Positions 43,082 through 52,202 of a stretch of 59,942 nt of DNA are shown one piece after another. Under the pieces are notes generated by a model. The model ran no database searches, was not told where the DNA came from, and worked only from the letters and a program-made list of their open reading frames with translations. The stretch spans positions 1 to 59,942 of the forward strand of contig JAZGAA010000006.1 in assembly GCA_036444215.1 (NCBI GenBank). Reading direction: 5' to 3'. This DNA is from Minisyncoccota bacterium. GTDB lineage: Bacteria > Patescibacteriota > Minisyncoccia > UBA6257 > UBA9933. Every line of letters starts with the position of its first letter. Positions within the stretch are counted from its first letter, which is position 1. The position numbers were made by a program, and so were the translations under genes.

Positions 43082-43917
43082 TAATAATACAGATATGAAA
43101 ATGTTGATGAAAATATCCGGCGGCTGAAAAACGGCGAATTTTCTATGTTCGCAATTTCAGTCCGCTAAACAGCGGATTTTTTGTTTTCTGAATGGATAGT
43201 TTTTTGACAAATACGTGAATCGCTCGAATTTCAAACAAATGATAACGAATTTCAAACGAATATTTTTATTCGTTTTACATTCATTTTAATTCGTTAATTA
43301 TTTGGGCGAAAGACGCGTTATAAAACAATTATTCGAGTCCTCGAATCCTAAATATGGATTTAAGAGACAAAATTTTTTTAAGGGCGTATGGTGGATGCCT
43401 TGACATCAAATGACGATGAAGGACGTGGCGTGGCTGCGATAAGCTTCGGGGAGGTGCTTAGCAACTTTTGATCCGGAGATTTCCGAATGGGGAAACCTAA
43501 TTACGTAAACCGTAATTGGCTCTATTTTTAAAAATAGAGCAGTATATCCGCTGAAGTGAAACATCTCAGTAAGCGGAAGAAAAGAGAAAAATTTTTATTC
43601 CCTAAGTAGCGGCGAGTGAAAAGGGAGGAGCCCAAACCGAGCACATAATTTTTTATATGCTCGGGGTTGTAAGAATTTCACGCTACTTTATTAATCACAG
43701 AGTTCCACCTTTAAGGGATTCTGTGATTTATGAAGAAAGGAAAGGTTATAAAATTATTTGTTAGCTGAACCTGCTGGAAAGCAGGACCAGAGGAGGTGAT
43801 AGTCCTGTAGGCGAAAACGAATAATCCTTTTAGTGGATTATCTTGAGTACCTCGATGACAGAATACTTCGAGGGAATCATCCGGCACTATCCGGAAAGGC
43901 TAAATACATTTGATGAT

Positions 43918-43956
<39 letters not shown>

Positions 43957-44126
43957 GGCCGGCGAGGCCGTTGAAATAGAACCTGAAACCATATGCTTAC
44001 AAGGAGACGGAGCCCGCAAGGGTGACGTCGTGCCTATTGAAGAATGAGCCAACGAGTTTATGTATATCGCTAGTTTAAATCCTACGGGATGAAAGCGTAG
44101 GGAAACCGAGTGTTAAAAGCGCGTAT

Positions 44127-44295
44127 GCCAGTGCTTCGCACTGGAAATTCCAAATTCCAAATCTCAAATCACAAATAAATCTCAAATCCCAATTTTCAAA
44201 ATTCCAAACACGTTTTGGTCATTTGAATTTTGGTTATTGATGCTTGTTTGTTATTTGGTGCTTGTTATTTGGTGCTTCCAATGCGCAGTATTGGT
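44127..44295 (+). repeat. 169-nt hairpin insertion at the 23S helix-25 position (IVS-like), copy A
   Basis: Interrupts ...GAGTGTTAAAAGCGCGTAT | TGGCGGTATGTGTAAGACCCGAA. Terminal mini-hairpins gccagtgcttcgcactgg and ccaatgcgcagtattgg. A/C-rich arm faces a G/T-rich arm. Confidence 0.85.
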
Positions 44296-44810
44296 TGGCG
44301 GTATGTGTAAGACCCGAAGCCAAGCGAGCTTGCCCTGGCCAGGATGAACTTCGACGAAAGTCTAAGGGAGGTCCGCACCAGTAGATCGTTCAAAATCTTT
44401 GGATGAGCTGGGGTAAGAAGTGAAAAGCTAATCGAGCTTGGTAATAGCTGGTTCTCTCCGAAATAGTTTTAGGACTAGCGTTTAGAAAAAACCTTTATGG
44501 GGTAGAGCTACTGGTTGAGAAGTAAAGGGGGAAACCTCGGCTTTTCAGTCAAACTCCGAATACATAAAGGATTGTCTAAGCAGTTAGACCATGGGGGCTA
44601 AGCTCCATTGGTCAAAAGGGAAACAGCCCTGATCGTCGTCTAAGGTCCCTAAATATTTGCTAAGTGTTAAAAAGGTAGTAATTCGCCATAGACAGATAGG
44701 AGGTTGGCTTAGAGGTAGCCATCCTTTAAAAAGTGTGTAACAACTTACTATTCGATGGCGGGTTGCGCCGAAAATTTAGCGGGGCTAAGCAAATTACCGA
44801 AGACACGAAT

Positions 44811-44979
44811 GCCAGTGCTTCGCACTGGAAATTCCAAATTCCAAATCTCAAATCACAAATAAATCTCAAATCCCAATTTTCAAAATTCCAAACACGTTTT
44901 GGTCATTTGAATTTTGGTCATTGGTGCTTATTTGTTATTTGGTGCTTGTGATTTGGTGCTTCCAATGCGCAGCATTGGT
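44811..44979 (+). repeat. 169-nt hairpin insertion at the 23S helix-45 position (IVS-like), copy B
   Basis: Interrupts ...GGGGCTAAGCAAATTACCGAAGACACGAAT | GTGGTAGGAGAGC. Differs from copy A at about five positions, all in the 3' arm. Confidence 0.85.
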
Positions 44980-45731
44980 GTGGTAGGAGAGCATTTCAAT
45001 CGCGCTGAAGTGCGACCCGCGAGGGCGCATGGAGCGTTTGGAAGAGAAAATGTTGGTATGAGTAACCGCAAAGCCGACGAGAAGTCGGCTCCCCGAAAAT
45101 CCAAGGTTTCCTCCGCAACGGAAATCGACGGAGGGTTAGGCGATCCTAAGGCAATGGCGAAAGCCGGAGCCGATGGACAGCTGGTTAATATTCCAGCCCG
45201 CCGGGCATAGTTCGATGGAGTGACGGAGAAAAAAAGATTAAGCATCTTAATGGTTTGGTGTTATTGGTTATTAGAATTGCTGTTTAGGTAAATCCGGACA
45301 GCTGCTTTAAATGGCGGGATTCGCAAACCGATAAAACTTCAGTTCGCTGAAGAATTTAATTGAAGAGTCTTCCGAGAAAAACTTCTAAGATTTCCTATGT
45401 TCGGCTTCGTACCGGAAACCGACACAGGTGGATGAGGCGAGGAGCCTCAGGGGAACGAGTGAGTCCTCGTTAAGGAACTCGGCAAAAAAGCGGGTGTAAC
45501 TTCGGGATAAACCCTGCCGCCTAAGTTTTTGTTTTACAAAAATTTTGGCGGCCGCAGCGAAAGTATCCCTGGCGACTGTTTACCAAAAACACAGCTCCCT
45601 GCGAACTCGTAAGAGGATGTATAGGGGGTGACGCCTGACCGATGCGAGAAGGTTAACGGCGGCGGTTTTTTTAAAAGCAATTTTGAGAAAGCTGACTGCC
45701 CGAAGCCCTCGTCAATGTCAGCGATAACTAT

Positions 45732-45997
45732 AAGTAACGATTGTAGTTGTAAAATTTGGCTATATGCTGGAAAGCCCTTAGGGCTGATAAAACCAAAACA
45801 GTAATCTGAAAAGATAAGCTGACGGTTTAAAAATTTATCAGATTGGGTAATCAGCAGGAAAGACTCCTAAGGTAAATCTAAGGAGAATCCTCAGAGACTA
45901 TACGCCAAATCTTATTAAAAATAAGAATGATATAGTCCGAACTCTATGGCGACATAGAGAGTTGTCTAAATTAAACTAGACAGAATAACACATAATG
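45732..45997 (+). mobile_element. group I intron in 23S at E. coli-equivalent position L1917 (H69 loop), ORF-less
   Basis: Exon junction ...GATAACTAT | AATCGTTCTAAGGTAGCG restores the H69 context. 5' exon ends in T and the intron ends in G. Core motifs TATATGCTGGAAA, AATCAGCAGGAAA, CCTCAGAGACTATACG, GATATAGTCCGAAC. Confidence 0.8.
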
Positions 45998-46336
45998 AAT
46001 CGTTCTAAGGTAGCGCATTTCCTTTCCAGGTAAGTTCTGGAGCGCACGAAAGGCGTAACGACTGGGGAACTGTCTCAACGAGGAGCTCGGTGAAAATGCA
46101 ATTCCCGTGAAGATGCGGGATACCTGCAGCAAGACGAAAAGACCCCGGGAGCTTTACTGTAGCTTGATATTGGTTTTAGGGTTTTAATGCGTAGCGTAGT
46201 GGGGAGGCTTTGAAACTTTACTTTCGGGTAGAGTGGAGCCGCCAATGAAACACCCATCTTTAAAATTTTAAAATCTAATCTGAACGGCAAAAACGTTCGG
46301 AGACAGTGTCTGGCGGGCAGTTTATATGGGGCGTAT

Positions 46337-46662
46337 TCCTTAATGTAATTTGCACCTCCGTGCAATTACGAGGGGGACCTATTGCCGTGAGGCGATACGG
46401 AAAAACTATCTATATGCTGGAACATCCGCGAGTATCTTGGAGTACTTGTTCTAAATATTATTAAAGGACAGTAAAAATCTTTCAAGTGATGCGGACAATC
46501 AGCAGGAAACCAAATTCAATATATTGAGAGTGGGATCCTCAGAGACTACACGATAGCAACTTTTTATAAAAAAGAGTTGATAATATAGTCCGAACTGCGT
46601 AGCGATGCGCAGAGGATTGCATTATTAGTAATGTAATCTACCTAATAAAAATATAAATTAGG
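46337..46662 (+). mobile_element. group I intron in 23S just 3' of the H80 P-loop hairpin, ORF-less; paralog of the L1917 intron
   Basis: Interrupts ATATGGGGCGTAT | ...GCCTAAAAAGTAACGGAGGAG. Same core motifs as the L1917 intron (TATATGCTGGAAC, AATCAGCAGGAAA, CCTCAGAGACTACACG, AATATAGTCCGAAC). Boundaries +/-10 nt. Confidence 0.7.
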
Positions 46663-46861
46663 TTAACATTTTGCCTAAAAAGTAACGGAGGAGTTTATTA
46701 AGGTTGGCTTAGCCCGGATGGAAATCGGGCTGGACGCGTAAAGGCAAAAGCCAGCTTAACGGCAAGGCTGACAAGCCGCGCCGGTGCGAAAGCAGAACTT
46801 AGTGACCCGACGGTTCTTTATAGAAAGGCCGGAGACAACGGATAAAAGCTACCCCGGGGAT

Positions 46862-47141
46862 GAAGCCTGAAATAAGGCTTTGTTGTCCTCCTCGCAGTAA
46901 TGCGAGGTAATAAATGCGACTTATAACGGTGGAATCAAAACTGGTCTTTCCCAGAAATGGGTTTTAGAGTTTTGACAATACCGTGGGAAGTCGCTCGTCC
47001 AAAAAAATGGGCGAGTTGACCCTGTAACGACTTAATCCAAGAGGATTGGATGGTAGTTTTTAAACTATCATAATACGTCGCGCCCACTGAGATTTTATTT
47101 TAGTGGGAAAAGATATAGTCTAATACATTAAAAATGTATCG
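46862..47141 (+). mobile_element. group I intron in 23S at L2449, ORF-less, different subtype
   Basis: Exons ...CCCCGGGGAT | AACAGGCTGG are exactly contiguous in E. coli (GGGGAU|AACAGG). Intron ends in G. P7-like AGATATAGTC. Confidence 0.8.
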
Positions 47142-47253
47142 AACAGGCTGGTGAAGTCCGAGAGTTCACATCGACGACTTCGCTCGGCACCTCGATGTCG
47201 GCTCACCACATCCCGGGGGTGGAGAAGCTCCCAAGGGTTTGGCTGTTCGCCAA

Positions 47254-47297
<44 letters not shown>

Positions 47298-47626
47298 TGG
47301 TCTCTATCTGCTGTAGGCGTTGACGCTTGAGGGAAGTTGACCCTTGTACGAGAGGATCAGGTTGAACGAACCTCTGGTCTACCGGCTTTGCCACCAGGTG
47401 AAGTGCCGGGTAGCTATGTTCGGAAGGGATAAGCACTGAAAGCATCTAAGTACGAAGCCCCTCCCAAGATTAAGCGTCTTAGATTCCTGGAAGACTACCA
47501 GGTAAATAGGCTTTAGGTGTAAGCGCAGTAATGCGTTTAGCCGAGAAGTACTAATAAATCGTATTTTTTTATCTCTAAATTCATTTTAGGGTTCGAGGAG
47601 TCGAATAATTGTGTTAAATTTATTTT

Positions 47627-47732
47627 TGCCGGTGTTTTACTCAAATATGAACCACCTCTTTCCATTCCGAACAGAGAAGTGAAAATATTTGAGCCCGATG
47701 ATACTTTAAAGGGAAAGTAGGGTACGCCGGCA
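47627..47732 (+). rRNA. rrf: 5S rRNA
   Basis: GCCGGTG...CCATTCCGAACAGAGAAGTGAAA...GTAGGGTACGCCGGC; terminal helix pairs. Confidence 0.88.
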
Positions 47733-47776
47733 TTTTTTATTTGTGAATAACTGAAGTTTTGCTATAATAAAATTTA

Positions 47777-48805
47777 ATGGAACGCAGAAAAATAAAACAA
47801 ATACTTTACGGCGCTGGCTATCTGGCAGTGATTTTTTTGATTGTTGCCGGAGTTTATCTTATTTGGCTTAAACCTGCGCCAACATGTTTTGACGGGCGTA
47901 AAAATCAAGGCGAGATTGAGGTGGATTGCGGAGAACCTTGCGCTCCTTGTGAAATAAAAACCTTACAACCATTAGAAATGTCTTGGGTAAGAGATTTTTC
48001 TGTTGGCGATAAAACAGTTATTGCAGCTGAGATAAAAAACTTAAATTCTGATTACGGAGCTGATAGTTTTTCTTATACTTTTGATGTTTATAATTTTATA
48101 GGAGAGAAGATTTATACTTTAACGGATAATTCTTTTATTTACGCTAGTGAAATCAAATATCTATTTGAAGCTGATATTGATAAAAAAGATATTGATAAAA
48201 TCGAACTTTCTTTTTCTAATGTTAATTGGAAATCCCAAGAGGAATTTCCTAAACCCGAGATTCAAACTCGGGAGATTAAAACCGAATCAGCCAAATCCAT
48301 AAATGTCAGTGGTTTAGTAATCAATAATAATGCTTTTGAATTGTCAAAAGTTAATATTATTAGCTTCTTATTTAATAGAAATGGTCTCCGGATAGGAGCT
48401 TCTAAAACTGAATTAGACAATCTTCAGGCCTTTGAAGAAAAATTTTTCCGAATTATTTTCCCGAAGTACATTATTTTAATTACCGAGACACCGGCGTCAA
48501 CTGCTTATAATTTCATTAATAATTTAACTATCGGCTCAAAAGGTGAAGACGTTAGGTCTTTGCAGAAATTTCTTAAAGATGCTGGATTTTTCAACCGTGA
48601 AACCACGGATTATTTTGGGCTAATAACTAAGAACGCCTTAATTCAATATCAAAAACAAGAAGGCATATCACCAACTTCAGGTTATTTTGGTCCTAAGACC
48701 CGGGCCCATATTAATTCTTTGGCACCTCCTTTGCCTATGCCCAAATTCAATCTTAATGAAGCTGACCCGAATTTAACCAAGGTTTATGTTGAAGCAATTC
48801 GATAA
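47777..48805 (+). CDS. membrane-anchored protein with C-terminal peptidoglycan-binding (PG_binding_1) domain
   Basis: N-terminal TM helix, Cys cluster CFDG...CGEPCAPCE, C-terminal GSKGEDVRSLQKFLKDAGFF...YFGLITKNALIQYQK. Confidence 0.6.
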   Translation: MERRKIKQILYGAGYLAVIFLIVAGVYLIWLKPAPTCFDGRKNQGEIEVDCGEPCAPCEIKTLQPLEMSWVRDFSVGDKTVIAAEIKNLNSDYGADSFSYTFDVYNFIGEKIYTLTDNSFIYASEIKYLFEADIDKKDIDKIELSFSNVNWKSQEEFPKPEIQTREIKTESAKSINVSGLVINNNAFELSKVNIISFLFNRNGLRIGASKTELDNLQAFEEKFFRIIFPKYIILITETPASTAYNFINNLTIGSKGEDVRSLQKFLKDAGFFNRETTDYFGLITKNALIQYQKQEGISPTSGYFGPKTRAHINSLAPPLPMPKFNLNEADPNLTKVYVEAIR

Positions 48806-50900
48806 GCCCTACAACTCAAAAGAAATTGAAAAAAAAATTTATCGGCTTTGGGAGAAGTCGGGCTTTTTTAACCCGGATAAACTGCCGGCAAGACATAAGA
48901 AACCTTTTACTATAATAATGCCTCCTCCTAACGCCAATGGCTCGCTTCATATTGGCCATGCAGTTTTTGTGACTTTGCAGGATATTATGATTCGTTATCA
49001 CCGAATGAAAGGCGATAAAACTCTTTGGCTCCCAGGCGCTGACCACGCTGGTTTTGAAACCCAGGTGGTCTATGACAAAAAGTTAGAAAAAGAAGGCCGC
49101 AGCCGTTTTAAAATTCCTCGCGATAAACTTTGGAAAGAAATGTGGGACTTTACACAAAAAAATAAGGAAATAATGGAGAATCAACTTCGGCAATTAGGCG
49201 CTTCTTGCGATTGGTCGCGGGAAAAATTTACTCTTGATAAAGATATTATTGATATTGTTTATAAAACTTTTGAGAAATTAAAAAAAGACAATTTACTTTA
49301 TAGAGGCAAGCGCATTGTTAATTGGTGTATTAAACATCAAACTTCGCTTTCGGATGTGGAGTTAAAATACGAAGAAAGAAAAAATTGTTTTTATTATGTT
49401 AAATATAAAGTACCGGAATTAAATTCTTCAATTACGGTTGCCACTACCAGGCCGGAAACAATTCCCGCTGATGTCGCATTAGCCGTTAATCCAAAAGATA
49501 AGCGTTATAAGAAATTTATAGGAAGACACGCTGTTAATCCTTTAAATGGCGAAAGATTGCTTATTATTACTGATTCCGCAGTTGACATAAAATTCGGAAC
49601 AGGAGTTTTAAAAATTACGCCGGATCATGACAGGTTGGACGAAGAAATTTATAATCGACATTCGGAAATTAATAAAGATTCGCATAGGATAATTAATCCA
49701 TTCGGCAAATTAGAAGGAAAAAATATTCCAAAAGAACTTTTGGGTTTAAAAGTTAAAGAAGCGCGAGATGTATCTATTAAAATTCTTGAAAATAGCAATA
49801 ATTTAGATGAAAAATTCGCGTTATCCGGCATTGATTCCAATTATTTAAATACAGTTGCTTTGTGTTATAAGTGCGGTTCGCAAGTCGAGCCATTAAGTTT
49901 GGACAACCAATGGTTTGTTAAAATGACGGAAAAACCGAAATCAGGAAATAAATCATTAAGGGACATAGCGGTGGAAGCGGTGAAATCCGGAAAAGTAGAA
50001 TTTATTCCTAAGAGATTTGAGAAGGTATTTTTTCACTGGATGAAGAATATAAGAGATTGGAATATTTCCCGCCAGATAGTTTGGGGTATTAAAATTCCTG
50101 ATAAGAGCACCGAAGATGTTTTCGATACCTGGTTTTCATCGGGCCAGTGGCCATTCGCTACTTTAATGACATCCGGCAAAAATGATTTTAAAAATTTTTA
50201 TCCAACTGATGTAATGGAAACTGCATGGGATATTCTTTTCTTCTGGGTAGCGCGAATGATTATGTTCGGACTTTATATTACTGGTAAGCCGCCTTTTAAA
50301 TATGTGTATCTTCACGGTTTGGTTCGTGATAAAGAACGGCAAAAAATGAGTAAATCAAAGGGCAATGTAATAGATCCTTTAGGGGTAATAGATATCTACG
50401 GCGCCGATGCTCTGCGAATGGCGCTTATTGTCGGGAACACTCCTGGAAATGACCCAATAATTTATGAAGAGAAAATTCGCGGCTATCGTAATTTTGCCAA
50501 TAAAATTTGGCAGGCCTCAAGGTTTGTTTTAATGAATTGCGGGGATCTTAATTTAAAAACAAAACCAAAACTTACTGCTTCCGACAGAAAAAAAATAAAG
50601 GAATTAGAGAAATTCAAAAAAGAGATTACCAAATTTATAGGGTCGTTTAAATTCCATACGGCCGCCGAACGTCTTTACCATTATTTTTGGCATACTTTTG
50701 CTGATAAAATAATTGAATCAACCAAACCGCGACTTAAAGGAGATAACAAAAAAGATCGTCAATCAGCTCAATATCTTTTATTGGAAATTCTTAAAACCAA
50801 CCTCAAACTCCTTCATCCTTTTATGCCGTTTATTACGGAGGAAATATGGCAATATTTACCTATTAAAGAGAAAAAGTTGCTGATGGTTGAGAAGTGGTAG
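48786..50900 (+). CDS. valS: valyl-tRNA synthetase (short, lacks the C-terminal coiled coil)
   Basis: PPPNANGSLHIGH (HIGH), TTRPETIPADVA editing region, KMSKSKGN. Confidence 0.92.
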   Translation: MLKQFDKPYNSKEIEKKIYRLWEKSGFFNPDKLPARHKKPFTIIMPPPNANGSLHIGHAVFVTLQDIMIRYHRMKGDKTLWLPGADHAGFETQVVYDKKLEKEGRSRFKIPRDKLWKEMWDFTQKNKEIMENQLRQLGASCDWSREKFTLDKDIIDIVYKTFEKLKKDNLLYRGKRIVNWCIKHQTSLSDVELKYEERKNCFYYVKYKVPELNSSITVATTRPETIPADVALAVNPKDKRYKKFIGRHAVNPLNGERLLIITDSAVDIKFGTGVLKITPDHDRLDEEIYNRHSEINKDSHRIINPFGKLEGKNIPKELLGLKVKEARDVSIKILENSNNLDEKFALSGIDSNYLNTVALCYKCGSQVEPLSLDNQWFVKMTEKPKSGNKSLRDIAVEAVKSGKVEFIPKRFEKVFFHWMKNIRDWNISRQIVWGIKIPDKSTEDVFDTWFSSGQWPFATLMTSGKNDFKNFYPTDVMETAWDILFFWVARMIMFGLYITGKPPFKYVYLHGLVRDKERQKMSKSKGNVIDPLGVIDIYGADALRMALIVGNTPGNDPIIYEEKIRGYRNFANKIWQASRFVLMNCGDLNLKTKPKLTASDRKKIKELEKFKKEITKFIGSFKFHTAAERLYHYFWHTFADKIIESTKPRLKGDNKKDRQSAQYLLLEILKTNLKLLHPFMPFITEEIWQYLPIKEKKLLMVEKW

Positions 50901-51001
50901 TTGTAATAAGAGTAATCAGTAATCAGGAATTAGGGAATAGGAATTTTCTGTTTCCTTGTTTACTAGTTCCTAGTTACTCAATGTGATTTTTTACAAATAA
51001 T

Positions 51002-51652
51002 ATGGAATTCTTAATCATTCTTTTAGGTTTATTGCCCGGTTTTGCCTGGCTAATTTTCTTTCTTAAAGAAGACGTTCATCCGGAGCCGAAAAGAATGATT
51101 GCCAAGGTTTTTTTTGTTGGCGCTATTTTCACTTTTATCGCTCTGGGTTTTGAGGCAATTTTTCAGGATTTTGCCAGAAATTTAAACATCAAAGATACCA
51201 GTATTTTTTCTTTTTTTGGCTTATCTGTGATTGAAGAAGTTTTTAAATTTCTGGCTGCTTATTTAGTGGTAAGAAAGAGCCGCTTTTTTGACGAGCCAAT
51301 TGACGCAATGATTTATATGATTGTGGCGGCTTTGGGTTTTTCTACTGTAGAAAATCTTGCTGTAGTGTTTAATATTGTTTCCGATGCCGGCGGAGTTATT
51401 AATATAATGATTCTTCGTTTTGTCGGCGCTACATTACTTCACGCTTTGGTTTCCGGAGTTGTCGGATTCTATTGGGCTCGCAAAAAAATACTAAAAGGGC
51501 TGGCCATTGCCGCTATCTTGCATACTGTTTTTAATTATCTTATACTAATATTTAGCGAGGCAGTGATTTACCCGAGCGTATTCTTGATAATTATCGCGTT
51601 TTTCGTATTTTATGATTTCGAACGCCTAAAGGCGCGGACTAATACGGACTAA
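51002..51652 (+). CDS. PrsW family intramembrane glutamic/metallo-protease
   Basis: Multi-TM; IEEVFKFLA (EExxK) and HALVSG motifs. The last residues (ARTNTD) are encoded by a CGCGGAC-word repeat. Confidence 0.7.
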   Translation: MEFLIILLGLLPGFAWLIFFLKEDVHPEPKRMIAKVFFVGAIFTFIALGFEAIFQDFARNLNIKDTSIFSFFGLSVIEEVFKFLAAYLVVRKSRFFDEPIDAMIYMIVAALGFSTVENLAVVFNIVSDAGGVINIMILRFVGATLLHALVSGVVGFYWARKKILKGLAIAAILHTVFNYLILIFSEAVIYPSVFLIIIAFFVFYDFERLKARTNTD

Positions 51653-51697
51653 ACACAGACTCATGCGGAATTTCCGTATAAGTCAGTGTTAATTAGT

Positions 51698-52201
51698 ATG
51701 GATAACGACAACAAAAACTTTTTCGAAAAATTAGCCGGTTTTAATTCCGGCGATGACGAGTTTGAGCCTAAATTAGCAAAGGCTGACGTTTCAAGCTCTA
51801 AAAATAATAAAAATATGAAAAAGAATTCAAAAGAAGAAGAATTAGACACTATTGAAGGGTTTGAGGATTTTGAAGGGCAGCTGACAATTGATATTTATCA
51901 GACGCCGAATAATATAATAGTGGAATCAACAATTGCCGGCGTTAATCCGGATGATTTGGATATTTCTATTACTCCTGATTCTGTAACAATTAGAGGCGAG
52001 CGTCAAAAAGAAGAAAAAATTAAAAAAGAGGACTATCTCTATCAAGAGTGTTTTTGGGGAAGGTTTTCCCGTTCAGTTATTTTACCCCAGGAAGTTGACC
52101 CTGACAGAGCTCAGGCATCGGTTAAAAATGGCGTCTTAAAAATTATCCTTCCTAAACTTGACCGCCAAAAATCTAAGAAGTTAAGAGTAAAATTTGATTA
52201 A
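51698..52201 (+). CDS. Hsp20/alpha-crystallin family small heat-shock protein
   Basis: VDIYQT...AGVNPDDLDISI...ITIRGER...GRFSRSVILP...A..KNGVLKIILPK. ATG at 51698 preferred over GTG at 51686. Confidence 0.85.
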   Translation: MDNDNKNFFEKLAGFNSGDDEFEPKLAKADVSSSKNNKNMKKNSKEEELDTIEGFEDFEGQLTIDIYQTPNNIIVESTIAGVNPDDLDISITPDSVTIRGERQKEEKIKKEDYLYQECFWGRFSRSVILPQEVDPDRAQASVKNGVLKIILPKLDRQKSKKLRVKFD

Positions 52202-52202
52202 T

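Noticed and set aside
44733-45245. ORFs 44733-44951(+), 44914-45210(+) and 44928-45245(-) from the six-frame track
   Set aside because: They lie entirely inside 23S rRNA and its helix-45 insert. The KFQIPNLKSQ-type translation is just the A/C-rich repeat arm.
45732-47141. Homing endonuclease genes (LAGLIDADG/GIY-YIG/HNH) inside the 23S introns
   Set aside because: The three introns are only about 266, 326 and 280 nt and contain no ORF of useful length in any frame. They are ORF-less.
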